From Candidatus Curtissbacteria bacterium (GTDB taxonomy: Bacteria; Patescibacteriota; Microgenomatia; Curtissbacterales; GWA2-41-24): DNA of 64,000 nt. The notes under the pieces are model-generated. The model had not been told where the DNA came from. It was given only the letters and a program-made list of their open reading frames with translations, and searched no databases. The number at the start of each line of letters is the position of its first letter. Position 1 is the first letter of the stretch. Positions 20,908-29,775 of the stretch are shown here, piece by piece. The DNA lies in NCBI GenBank assembly GCA_038326365.1, contig JBBQJY010000002.1:17960-81959 (forward strand), read 5' to 3'. Position numbers and translations under genes: made by a program.

Positions 20908-21446
20908 TGGAAAAAGAAATCATAGAAATAGTAAACAAAAAAGGCCAAGTGGTAACAAAATCAAGAAGATCTACTGCTTACAAAAAGGGCCTACTTCATA
21001 AAGCTGTTAATATTTTGATTTTCAACAAAAAAGGTGAAATTTTTTTGCAAAAAAGATCAAAAATAAAATCATCGTTTCCATTACATTGGGACATTAGCTG
21101 CTCTGAGCATTTAAAACCTAATGAATCATATAAAGAAGCTGCGCTTCGCGGCCTAATTGAAGAACTCTCCATTAAGACCTCGATTAAAATATTAAGAAAA
21201 AAACATCATCAGCAGAGCAAGTTCTACAAAAAAGGACAACAAATCATAGAGAATGAACTTGTTGTCCTTTACCAAGGTACATATGACGGAAAAATAAAAA
21301 TGGACAAAAATGAAGTTTATAGCGGGAAATTTTTGAGCCTTAAAAAAGTTAAGACTCTTCTTTTAACACCTGAAACAAGGTTCACACCCTGGGCAAAAGA
21401 TGAATTAGAATTTCTACTTAAAGAGTTCCCTTTTAAAATCCATTAA
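20907..21446 (+). CDS. idi: isopentenyl-diphosphate delta-isomerase, type 1 (Nudix)
   Basis: 'HKAVNILIFNKKGEIFLQKR…WDISCSEHL…ENELVVLY…TPWA' matches type-1 IDI, and the catalytic Cys and Glu are present. Confidence 0.6.
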   Translation: MEKEIIEIVNKKGQVVTKSRRSTAYKKGLLHKAVNILIFNKKGEIFLQKRSKIKSSFPLHWDISCSEHLKPNESYKEAALRGLIEELSIKTSIKILRKKHHQQSKFYKKGQQIIENELVVLYQGTYDGKIKMDKNEVYSGKFLSLKKVKTLLLTPETRFTPWAKDELEFLLKEFPFKIH

Positions 21447-21472
21447 CTACAAACACTCATCTTTACTTAAAC

Positions 21473-21778
21473 TTACTTTTGCAACAAATAATTACGAAGA
21501 TCAACATTCATATCGCTCACAAAGCCCACACCCTCTGCCATAAGCCTTCTTCTTTGCTCTTGCCAACCATCAAAAGCAAAGTTTGGTGCCACTCTTCCAT
21601 TTCTATCTACCACTCGATGACACGGCACATCCGCCTGATTATTTGAGTGCAGCATCCATCCAACCTCACGCGCTCCTTTGGGTTTTCCCAAAATCAAAGC
21701 AACTTGCCCATAGGTAACAACTTTGCCTTTCGGAACTTTTTTTACAACCTCAAAAACCTTTTCTCTAAAATTTTTCAT
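21473..21778 (-). CDS. MGMT-family protein (methylated-DNA-protein-cysteine methyltransferase DNA-binding/active-site domain only)
   Basis: The ORF contains the 'VPCHRVV' active-site motif. Confidence 0.6.
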   Translation of the reverse strand: MKNFREKVFEVVKKVPKGKVVTYGQVALILGKPKGAREVGWMLHSNNQADVPCHRVVDRNGRVAPNFAFDGWQEQRRRLMAEGVGFVSDMNVDLRNYLLQK

Positions 21779-21788
21779 TCGCCCTTTT

Positions 21789-22340
21789 TCAATTAAATTT
21801 GTTCATCGTCGCTTCAATTCCATCCGCTAAATAAGAATTGACAGCATCGATCGATTTTTCCATTATTTTTGGTAGTTTAAGCACTTCAGAATCACTAAAA
21901 TCCTCAAGCAAAAAACTTGCCGTTTCTTGCCTTGGATTAATAGGTCGACCCACACCGACCCTGAGTCTTCCAAAGTCTATACCTCCCAGACTTTCAACAA
22001 TAGAATCAATTCCGTGGTGTCCTGCAGAAACGCCGTCGAAAGCCAAGCGTACTTTTCCAAAGGGCAAGTCAAGATCATCATAGACAATCAATATATTCTT
22101 AGAATGAATTTTATAAAACTCGGCAACCGCAACTACCGCCAAACCGCTTTCATTCATAAAAGTTGTAGGTTTTATAAAAACAGTTTTAGCATTTTTACAC
22201 CAATAACAAACCCAGTCGGGGCTATAACTCCAAGTAAGCCCCTCCGTTGTCAGATACGAATCAGCAATCATAAAACCCAAATTATGTCGATTTTTTTTGT
22301 ACTTATTTCCTGGATTTCCAAGACCAACAATTAGCTGCAT
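21789..22340 (-). CDS. pth: peptidyl-tRNA hydrolase
   Basis: The N-terminus 'LIVGLGNPGNKYKKNRHNLGF' matches Pth. Confidence 0.85.
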   Translation of the reverse strand: MQLIVGLGNPGNKYKKNRHNLGFMIADSYLTTEGLTWSYSPDWVCYWCKNAKTVFIKPTTFMNESGLAVVAVAEFYKIHSKNILIVYDDLDLPFGKVRLAFDGVSAGHHGIDSIVESLGGIDFGRLRVGVGRPINPRQETASFLLEDFSDSEVLKLPKIMEKSIDAVNSYLADGIEATMNKFN

Positions 22341-22678
22341 CAGCTAACCACTCTTTCTGCAATCTGTCCAAATACTGGAAATTTATAGATCTTTCCATGT
22401 CTTGCTCCTAAAAACCCCAGCAGACAAAAACCCACGATAAGAATCCACAATAAGAATCCCAAAAAGTTAGAAATTACTGAAAAAATTCCCAATGGTGCAA
22501 AAAAAATGCCTAATAAAAAATTCAGAATAATAAGGCTCAAAGTGGAGATTAAAGATTGCATTGCATGAAATCGAATGAATTTATCGTCCTGCTCTACCAT
22601 TAAAATCACAAAACCTGTTACAAAACCCAGTACATATGAAATTGATGCTACTTGTCGACGTGATGAATCAATAATCAT
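22340..22678 (-). CDS. hypothetical membrane protein
   Basis: The ORF has three to four predicted TM helices. Confidence 0.3.
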   Translation of the reverse strand: MIIDSSRRQVASISYVLGFVTGFVILMVEQDDKFIRFHAMQSLISTLSLIILNFLLGIFFAPLGIFSVISNFLGFLLWILIVGFCLLGFLGARHGKIYKFPVFGQIAERVVS

Positions 22679-23326
22679 TTAAATCAAAGTGAGTTGAGAA
22701 CTTTTCTCCTCACCTTCTTTTTCTGACATATCAACTTTATCACTAAGTGCAAGTTTAATTGCATTAAAATCTAGCTTTAAGGCATTCATAACTGCCCCAT
22801 TTCTCAATGCAGCTGCTGGGTGATACATGGGCAATACTATTTGCTTTTTTCCTAAAAAATCTACAACATATTTTTTGCCGTGAACTTGAGAAATTTTTAC
22901 GTCCGGCAAAAATTTACCCATTGAAAAACGACCCAAGGTAACTATAATTTTTGGACCAATTATCTTAATTTCCTCATCAACGTACCCACAAAAGGCAGAA
23001 ATCTCATCTGGTTCCGGATCCCGATTTCCGGGCGGTCTGAACCTAACAACATTGGAAATGTAAACGTCCGCCCGCTTTAAACCAATTTGCTCAATCAAGG
23101 TGTTTAAAAACTTTCCAGCCAGTCCCACAAAAGGTTTCCCTTCACGATCCTCATAAAATCCTGGCGCTTCACCTAAAAAATAAATCTCAGCATCAGGATT
23201 TCCGTCTCCAAAAACAAGCTGCGTTGCACCGCTTCTGAGAGGCAAAGTCACATCCTCATTCATCCTTTTTTTAAGATCATCTAAAGCCTGGATTTTATCC
23301 ATAAAGTCACACTCATTTTTAGCCAA
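22679..23326 (-). CDS. uracil-DNA glycosylase, family 4
   Basis: The 'IYFLGEAPGFYEDREGKPFVGLAG' (GEAPG) motif is present. Confidence 0.8.
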   Translation of the reverse strand: MAKNECDFMDKIQALDDLKKRMNEDVTLPLRSGATQLVFGDGNPDAEIYFLGEAPGFYEDREGKPFVGLAGKFLNTLIEQIGLKRADVYISNVVRFRPPGNRDPEPDEISAFCGYVDEEIKIIGPKIIVTLGRFSMGKFLPDVKISQVHGKKYVVDFLGKKQIVLPMYHPAAALRNGAVMNALKLDFNAIKLALSDKVDMSEKEGEEKSSQLTLI

Positions 23327-23334
23327 AAACGGAC

Positions 23335-24585
23335 CTATGTCAAGGGAACACTCGAAGAAGGATGGATTGCATCAACAGAAGGATTTTCTTTATCTAAAGT
23401 CGCGCCCAAATTCTCCATTTTTTTCAAAAGGAGCAAGAAACAAGCGTTTGTCCAGCCAAAACCGCTTTGAGTTGGATACCTGTCGGGCACTCCAATTTCT
23501 CCAGAAACCACATCATATTTCTCCCAAAGTTGTTCACTTTGTTCAAAAACTTTAATGTTCACTGCCAACCATTTTTTTATAAGCGTTGCAGCCAAATCAT
23601 CGTATCCATATTTTATAAGCCCTTCCACAATTAAATATTGTTGCAGCGGCCAACCGTTAGGGTAATCCCATTGCAAACCTTTTTGAAATTTTTCAGATTG
23701 AACGATACCCCAGTCGCACTCCAAAACTTTCTCAACTACAGAAACCATTTTCTTCACTTGATCATTCCTGGCAAAACCCGCAATCATTGGGAAAAGTCCG
23801 GCCACAGTAATTACTGGTACTTGTTTTAATTTGGCAAAATTAAAGTCAAAAAAGAAACCACTTTTCTCGTTCCACATCAGCTCTTCTATTGTTTTTGCCC
23901 GACTTCTGGCCAGTTTGTTGTACATTTCTTCTTTTTTAAATTCCTCAAGCAACCCAAATGCCTTTGCCAAATCCCGCTCGTATTGATATAAAAGACAGTT
24001 AAGATCAACAGGCAGGATGTTCAAAGCACCCTGCTCAAACCTCACAGTGTTATCCCACCCAGATTCTGCCATTGCCAGCTCATCTGAAATATTAATGTCG
24101 TAGTAACGCGACAGGCCCGCATGCACTTTCCTGTGATGAGGGTGGTCCTCAGAGAGCCAAACATTCTCATATTCTTTTTCGACATACCCAATTGCACGTC
24201 TGAACCATTTAAAGTCTCGCGTTTTATCAAAAACATCCCAAACCATCTGAGACAAAAACGGAGGTTGTGAACGCGAAAGAAAATACATCCGAGAAGCATT
24301 GGGAACAAAGCCAAAACGCTCCACTTCGTAAAGCAGATTCTCAACCATGCCAATTGCTAAATTCTGATGTTTTTTAGATTCAAGAAGTGCCTTAACAACT
24401 GGATAACTATCCCAATAAAACTGTTCTTCAAAAAACTTCTCAGCAGGAATGATAAACGGTTTGGGCAAACCAATCAGTGTTCCACTATCCTTTGGATGAA
24501 ATCTGGTTATTTTTGGCCAATAAGCGTCTATATATTTGAGTACCTTTTGAATTTTTTCAGGGGTTAAGTACTTCTCAGAGGGCAT
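23335..24585 (-). CDS. trehalase-like glycoside hydrolase (GH37-like, short)
   Basis: 'EEQFYWDSY' matches trehalase signature 1, 'QWDYPNGWPLQ' matches signature 2, and the C-terminal 'GFGWTNA' also fits. Confidence 0.5.
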   Translation of the reverse strand: MPSEKYLTPEKIQKVLKYIDAYWPKITRFHPKDSGTLIGLPKPFIIPAEKFFEEQFYWDSYPVVKALLESKKHQNLAIGMVENLLYEVERFGFVPNASRMYFLSRSQPPFLSQMVWDVFDKTRDFKWFRRAIGYVEKEYENVWLSEDHPHHRKVHAGLSRYYDINISDELAMAESGWDNTVRFEQGALNILPVDLNCLLYQYERDLAKAFGLLEEFKKEEMYNKLARSRAKTIEELMWNEKSGFFFDFNFAKLKQVPVITVAGLFPMIAGFARNDQVKKMVSVVEKVLECDWGIVQSEKFQKGLQWDYPNGWPLQQYLIVEGLIKYGYDDLAATLIKKWLAVNIKVFEQSEQLWEKYDVVSGEIGVPDRYPTQSGFGWTNACFLLLLKKMENLGATLDKENPSVDAIHPSSSVPLT

Positions 24586-24815
24586 AACTCCATTTAAGAA
24601 GATATAGCTGAAGCTAGCAAGAGGCTAAATTATTTTGTAATTGTTTGTAGAAATTATCACCGGGGATCTGCCTTTGCCTTGCTACACTTTGTTTAAAGTG
24701 CTCTTATGCAACCGCGGTCAACACCGTACGCACCGCCTCAAGTCTTTTTGGATCAACCTGTGCTTGGGATAAAACGGGAAATTCGCTTATTTCTATTCTT
24801 TCCACAAAAAGAATT

Positions 24816-26555
24816 CTACTTTTTCTTATACTGATTTTCAAATAGCTTTTTCAGCTCATCTACTGTTGTTGCATCCTCTGCTCTCTTGTCCTCTTCTCGA
24901 AATTTGACAAGCCTCGGAAACCTCAATGCAAAACCTGTTTCCGTTTTTTCGTCCCATCCGGCAACGTGTATTGGCGATCTTGTTATTTCATCAGCATAAA
25001 TTTCCAAAACAACCTCAGGCTCTACCCAGTAAGTCGGCTCAACTTTGGACCTAACGCGGGCCGGCTTATGACTGACTCTCAATTTCTTGGCGATCTCATT
25101 TATTTTTCTAAACTCATCGTCAGTTAAACCCGTACCAAGTCTACTTATAGATTCAAAAACATCATCACGTTTGTTATAAATGCCAATCAATAGTCCCCCA
25201 ACCCCAAATTCCGTCCTTTTACCCTTTCCTGCATATACACCTAAAAGTACGCAATCAACAGTGTCTGTTAGATCTCCACTGCTTGCCCGCTTAAATTTAA
25301 TCCAATGAAAACCTCGCCCACCAGCTTTATATGGGGCATCTAATTTTTTAATCATCAAACCCTCCAAACCCTCACTTATGCACTCATTAAAGAATTCCAA
25401 TATTTCTTTGGCAGTAGAAATTATTCGTTGCTCTGCAATGCGAATGGTTATGTTTTCCCTGGAAACTACTTTTTCCAGCAGTTTTCTTCTCTCTGCTTCT
25501 ACTTTCCCAGTAATATCCTCACCATTTAAGTACAAAATATCAAAGGCAAAACTAACCAGTGGAAGCGCTTTAGCTGTTTCTTCTACCTTATATTTTCTTC
25601 TCCTCTTTGTAGTTTCTTGAAACGGCAAAAATTCCGAGGTTAACGGGTTATAAGCAATTGCTTCGCCTTCCATAATTACAGACTTTGCCCGAACTTCCTT
25701 CAAAACTCCAACTGCCAAATCAGGGAAAGAATGCGTCATGTCCTCTAAATTGCGTGAGAAAATCTCAACTTTGTCTCCATTTTTGTGGATTTGAACCCGG
25801 AAGCCATCAAATTTAGGTTCGGCCGCAAATTTGTCTCCCATGCGCTTAACAACTTCATCCGCATTGGGCATTCGCTCCGCAAGAGCAGGTCTAACCGGCT
25901 TACCGATTATGATTTTGACCGACGCCAAACCTTTTTCTCCACCTTTGTAAAAAATCTCGGCTACATATCCAAGATCGCTTGTCTTGTTGTAGGCATCTTC
26001 AATAACGGGACGCAGCTTTTTGTCTCCAGTTTTAGCAATCGAAAGCGCGTCCATAACCGTTGGGTCACCAATTCCCAACCTCAACGTTCCAAGGGGTATA
26101 TTTACAACATGTTTTACAGATTTTGGATCGAGCTTTTTTAGAAGCTCTGCCAGTGTGCCAACTTTTTTGTCAACCGTCCCTTCACCACTAAACTTAGCAA
26201 TTGTTAGAAGATTTTCAAAAACATCGGCAACAGATAAATTACCTGTGTGCTCGTGTTTCTTTGCCAAATCTTGTGCCGCCAAACCCATATTGCCAAGTTT
26301 TCTATAATCCTTAATTACCTCCTCTTTCGATTTGTTAAACGCACGGCCAATTGCAACCGCCACTAAATTCTCACTCATCCCAAATTCAATTGGCTCATAA
26401 AACGGCGCGACACGACCCTGAAGCAAATAACTGATTTTGCCAACTTCTACGCTTTCAGAGTGGCCAAAAAGATCCGCCATAATGTCGATCAGCTCTAAGC
26501 GTTTACTTGTTGCCTCTAATTTTTCCAGATATTCACTAAATTTTGAAAATTTCAT
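24816..26555 (-). CDS. ATP-dependent DNA ligase (archaeal/eukaryal LigB type)
   Basis: Motif I 'AEPKFDGFRVQIH' (KxDG) is preceded by an N-terminal DNA-binding domain and followed by an OB-fold. Confidence 0.85.
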   Translation of the reverse strand: MKFSKFSEYLEKLEATSKRLELIDIMADLFGHSESVEVGKISYLLQGRVAPFYEPIEFGMSENLVAVAIGRAFNKSKEEVIKDYRKLGNMGLAAQDLAKKHEHTGNLSVADVFENLLTIAKFSGEGTVDKKVGTLAELLKKLDPKSVKHVVNIPLGTLRLGIGDPTVMDALSIAKTGDKKLRPVIEDAYNKTSDLGYVAEIFYKGGEKGLASVKIIIGKPVRPALAERMPNADEVVKRMGDKFAAEPKFDGFRVQIHKNGDKVEIFSRNLEDMTHSFPDLAVGVLKEVRAKSVIMEGEAIAYNPLTSEFLPFQETTKRRRKYKVEETAKALPLVSFAFDILYLNGEDITGKVEAERRKLLEKVVSRENITIRIAEQRIISTAKEILEFFNECISEGLEGLMIKKLDAPYKAGGRGFHWIKFKRASSGDLTDTVDCVLLGVYAGKGKRTEFGVGGLLIGIYNKRDDVFESISRLGTGLTDDEFRKINEIAKKLRVSHKPARVRSKVEPTYWVEPEVVLEIYADEITRSPIHVAGWDEKTETGFALRFPRLVKFREEDKRAEDATTVDELKKLFENQYKKK

Positions 26556-27017
26556 CTATCCTATCTTTTCCCGTCTACCAGCTTCCCCTTCAACTAAATA
26601 CTTTTTCTTCCCCTCTGTGGACAAACTGTATTTCGAAAGTACTACTGGGTCTCTTTCCACTTCTTCGGTTACAAGATCAAAAATACCCGTAAGTCTCAAC
26701 TTTTTATCTATTACATCACCGCTTTTTGTACTCATCATGTTAAGTGCAACCAAAGGTAGTTTTCTCGCAGGTAGACCAAAAGCCTCCGCATCTGCAGATT
26801 TTATTTCTCGCCTTGTTATCCTTTCTACAGCAACTTCAATTGGCCTTCGACCATCCAAAACCGCCTGAGGTTTAAATGGATTTCTGATCATGTCAGCTCG
26901 ATCCACAGAACTACCAATTAATCTATGTTCAACAAAGGTCAGTATTGACGAATCTTCTATCTTGTACGGGTCTTCATCACTCATTTTAAAATGTGCACTG
27001 CTCCTTTTCTTGTACAT
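26556..27017 (-). CDS. hypothetical protein (153 aa), co-oriented between the Tpt1-like gene and the ligase
   Basis: No motif is recognisable. It is separated by 12 nt from the upstream gene and abuts the ligase start. Confidence 0.3.
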   Translation of the reverse strand: MYKKRSSAHFKMSDEDPYKIEDSSILTFVEHRLIGSSVDRADMIRNPFKPQAVLDGRRPIEVAVERITRREIKSADAEAFGLPARKLPLVALNMMSTKSGDVIDKKLRLTGIFDLVTEEVERDPVVLSKYSLSTEGKKKYLVEGEAGRREKIG

Positions 27018-27029
27018 TTCTTCATATAA

Positions 27030-28292
27030 CTAAGCCGCTTGCTCCGCTTTTCGTGAACGTGCCGGCGTCCATGTTTGTCCTCTATCCAAACTAAAATCAA
27101 GCCGTTCTGATGGAATAGGGCGGCGGGTTGCAACACTAAGCGAGATACCAGTAAGTTGTTCTTTTTCTCCAAGCCCAAAATCCTTAGCTACTTCTGGCAT
27201 TTCATTTAGACGAAATCGAAACAATACACCCTCCCCCTCATTACCCGGATTGGCCACATTTGCACTATCCCATCCAGTAAAAAAAATAGTGCCGGGCTCT
27301 TTGGATCTTTTTCCGCTTGGTTGTAAACCTTGTTGAGATATGCTGGGAAGCTTAATACGACTAGTCCCATGATACGCATATTCGTAAACTTCCGATTCGT
27401 CGTTAGGAACGATCTCATCTTTTAGACTGTCTACCAATGTTTTAATCTCTAGTTGTTTTTTTTCATACCCTGCGTTTTGTTTTTCTACAACTCGCTCTAT
27501 AATTCCTTTCAAATATTGCCCTCCTGACTCCTGGACCTGTCTTTTTGAAGATAATGTAAAATATCCTTCTTTCCCAGTTTCCACAACAGAAATGCCAGTT
27601 GAAACTTCACCAGCCTTGCGACCAACGATACCTTCTCTATCAAAAGACAATTCAAATTGAACCCTGTCATACTCACTAGTATTTAAGAGGAAATTAAAAT
27701 TAGTATCTCTATCTAATTCTGGTGATTCACTATAAATTCTTTTTAAAGAATCTCTCATGTTATTTAGCGAAATTGAAGCAGTTTCTTTATCAGCTAAAGG
27801 AGGAGTGGATAATCTTATGGTCAAACCAGGAACATGTCGAATACTAGAACTTTTAGTTTTTTCTTCCTGGTAGCAAGCCTTAATGTATAATCCAGTTTTC
27901 TCGTCAAATATACCATCCGTAATATCCCCTCCCTCTTCCCCATAGGAAATATTGTAAGCAGATCGTTCAGAATCAACGGAAATTTTTGTCATAAGATCAC
28001 AAATCGACTCCATTGTTTCCTGCTTTACTGGCTCCACTTCTGCATTTTCTGTTGGGGGTTTTTGATCTGAAATATCAACTGTTTTATCTGCTTCAAGTCC
28101 TTGGCAGTCGTCTTCAAAACTATTCTCAGATACAGACTCACTGGTTACACTAACACGCCTAGTCTTAATTTTTCCAAGTAATTCGTTAAGCCGGGAAACT
28201 TTAGACTGGCCATCTTTTTGTACAAATTTCTCCTCTGGCTTGTTAACATCATTTACATTCGCTTCCTTCTCCCCTAACCCAAGCTCACTCAT
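27030..28292 (-). CDS. acidic protein with a C-terminal Tpt1/KptA-like (RNA 2'-phosphotransferase, ADP-ribosyltransferase-fold) domain
   Basis: The C-terminal 'YAYHGTSRIKLPSISQQGLQPSGKR…GTIFFTGW…GEGVLFRFRL' matches the KptA '[29 protein letters not shown]…GKPVLLVVD' block recalled from E. coli KptA. An upstream 'SSIRHVPGLTIRL' loosely resembles the Tpt1 'LRHKPEAIGIVL' motif. 'GLGEKE' is repeated at both termini. Confidence 0.35.
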   Translation of the reverse strand: MSELGLGEKEANVNDVNKPEEKFVQKDGQSKVSRLNELLGKIKTRRVSVTSESVSENSFEDDCQGLEADKTVDISDQKPPTENAEVEPVKQETMESICDLMTKISVDSERSAYNISYGEEGGDITDGIFDEKTGLYIKACYQEEKTKSSSIRHVPGLTIRLSTPPLADKETASISLNNMRDSLKRIYSESPELDRDTNFNFLLNTSEYDRVQFELSFDREGIVGRKAGEVSTGISVVETGKEGYFTLSSKRQVQESGGQYLKGIIERVVEKQNAGYEKKQLEIKTLVDSLKDEIVPNDESEVYEYAYHGTSRIKLPSISQQGLQPSGKRSKEPGTIFFTGWDSANVANPGNEGEGVLFRFRLNEMPEVAKDFGLGEKEQLTGISLSVATRRPIPSERLDFSLDRGQTWTPARSRKAEQAA

Positions 28293-28313
28293 AAATAATA
28301 TCGTACCTTTCTC

Positions 28314-29366
28314 CTACCGGAGAATGTAAACTGCTCCTTTCGTACTACCCTTCTTCTTCACCAACTTTTTCTTCTGTAAATCCTTCATGTCTCGCAAAAT
28401 AGTGTCATCGCTGAAATCTCGAAGAACATTTCTCCACTGTTTGTTGTTTATAGAACCATTGGCCTCCATAAATTCAACTAGCTTTACTTGTCTACTGGAA
28501 AGTGCAATCTGGCCCGTTCTACCTTTGAGCTTGGAGTCCAAAGAAAGCTTTTGAACTTTCTTTTTAACTGCGTCCAGTTCTTCTGCCAAACCCTCGCAAA
28601 AATATTCTAGCCAGCCTGTTAAGTCCCTCTCTGATAAACTATTTACTTTTTGGTTGGAAACCGACTGAAGGATTTCATAATACCTCTTAGCATTTCTATC
28701 GAAATACTCCTCGATTGAGAAAAACTTTTTAATGTCGTAGCCTTCGCGAAATAAAACAAGAGTAGCAAAAGCCCTGCTTGCACGGCCATTACCATCAACA
28801 AAAGGATGAATGAAAGCCAAAACGTAGTGCGTAATCCCAGCTTTAAGAACAGGATGTACATCCTCAGCATCAACAGAGTTGAGCCAATCCATAAAATCAG
28901 TTACTAATTTTTTTACCTGTGGAGCTTCTGGTGGTTTAAAGCTGACCTCACCAGTTTTAGAATTCTTAACAACAACTTGATTTAGGCGATAAACGCCAGA
29001 TGTTGCAGCTGGCAGTACTTTATCAACTGTTAGCCTGTGAATAGCCAACAAATCCCGCTCACCAACATCTCTTTTGGCTTTTTTATCAATATAGTTCAAA
29101 ACTCTTCGATAGTTCAAAACCTCCTGAATATCTCGATCCCTCGCATCTATAATTTCACCTTCCAGAACCGCAGCAACTTCCCCGGTATCCAACTCGTTGC
29201 CTTCAATATGGGTTCCATGATGAACTGTACGTATAATCGCCTCTTGTCGAAAACGATCCTCATAAGCGGGTACAAGTGGGGCACTTTCAATGACCTCCCG
29301 AGAAGCCTCAATACGGCCAATGTATTTGAGAATTAAATTAGATACTTTATATTTAGGTGCATACAC
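28314..29366 (-). CDS. Fic/Doc-family protein with C-terminal winged-helix
   Basis: The canonical Fic motif 'HPFVDGNGRASRAF' is present. The C-terminal 'GSTKGAVYIL' resembles a wHTH. Confidence 0.8.
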   Translation of the reverse strand: MYAPKYKVSNLILKYIGRIEASREVIESAPLVPAYEDRFRQEAIIRTVHHGTHIEGNELDTGEVAAVLEGEIIDARDRDIQEVLNYRRVLNYIDKKAKRDVGERDLLAIHRLTVDKVLPAATSGVYRLNQVVVKNSKTGEVSFKPPEAPQVKKLVTDFMDWLNSVDAEDVHPVLKAGITHYVLAFIHPFVDGNGRASRAFATLVLFREGYDIKKFFSIEEYFDRNAKRYYEILQSVSNQKVNSLSERDLTGWLEYFCEGLAEELDAVKKKVQKLSLDSKLKGRTGQIALSSRQVKLVEFMEANGSINNKQWRNVLRDFSDDTILRDMKDLQKKKLVKKKGSTKGAVYILR

Positions 29367-29373
29367 TACTTAA

Positions 29374-29775
29374 TTATCGCACATTTCCCGCAGAATTTGA
29401 AGTCACAGAATCAGCTAACAAAGCTTCTATTGCAAGTTTACAATGAACTAACTCTCGTGCTCTTAAAGTGGAACCTGGACCTAAAACAATCATCCTATTG
29501 GCGTCTTCAAGATCAATAGTCAAAATATTTTTCATGACTGGTTCTACTCCACTCAAGGTGAATTGTTGACCAATCTCGCCGATGGCAAATACACCAACAT
29601 AGCTTAAGACTTTGGGCCGAAAAGTAACTTTATCGAGTAAAGTTCTAGGAAGCATCTTGCCCTTTGCTTCAAGAAGATCACATAAAATTTGGCGTGACCC
29701 CTGTGACCTCTGTTGTAAATCACCAGGTGCATCATAATGTGAAGCTAGTTCTTGATTCATTTTAAATCTCAACAA
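29374..29775 (-). CDS. hypothetical protein downstream of recF (possible DUF721/DciA-like by position only)
   Basis: The only evidence is its position immediately 3' of recF. No motif confirmed. Confidence 0.25.
   Translation of the reverse strand: MLRFKMNQELASHYDAPGDLQQRSQGSRQILCDLLEAKGKMLPRTLLDKVTFRPKVLSYVGVFAIGEIGQQFTLSGVEPVMKNILTIDLEDANRMIVLGPGSTLRARELVHCKLAIEALLADSVTSNSAGNVR

Noticed and set aside
24586-24815. 230-nt intergenic region between the trehalase-like start and the ligase end, examined for tmRNA/SRP/RNase P RNA
   Set aside because: None of the conserved blocks of tmRNA (5' GGGG…, tRNA-like 3' end), 4.5S RNA or RNase P RNA could be recognised by eye. It is more likely promoter/terminator space.
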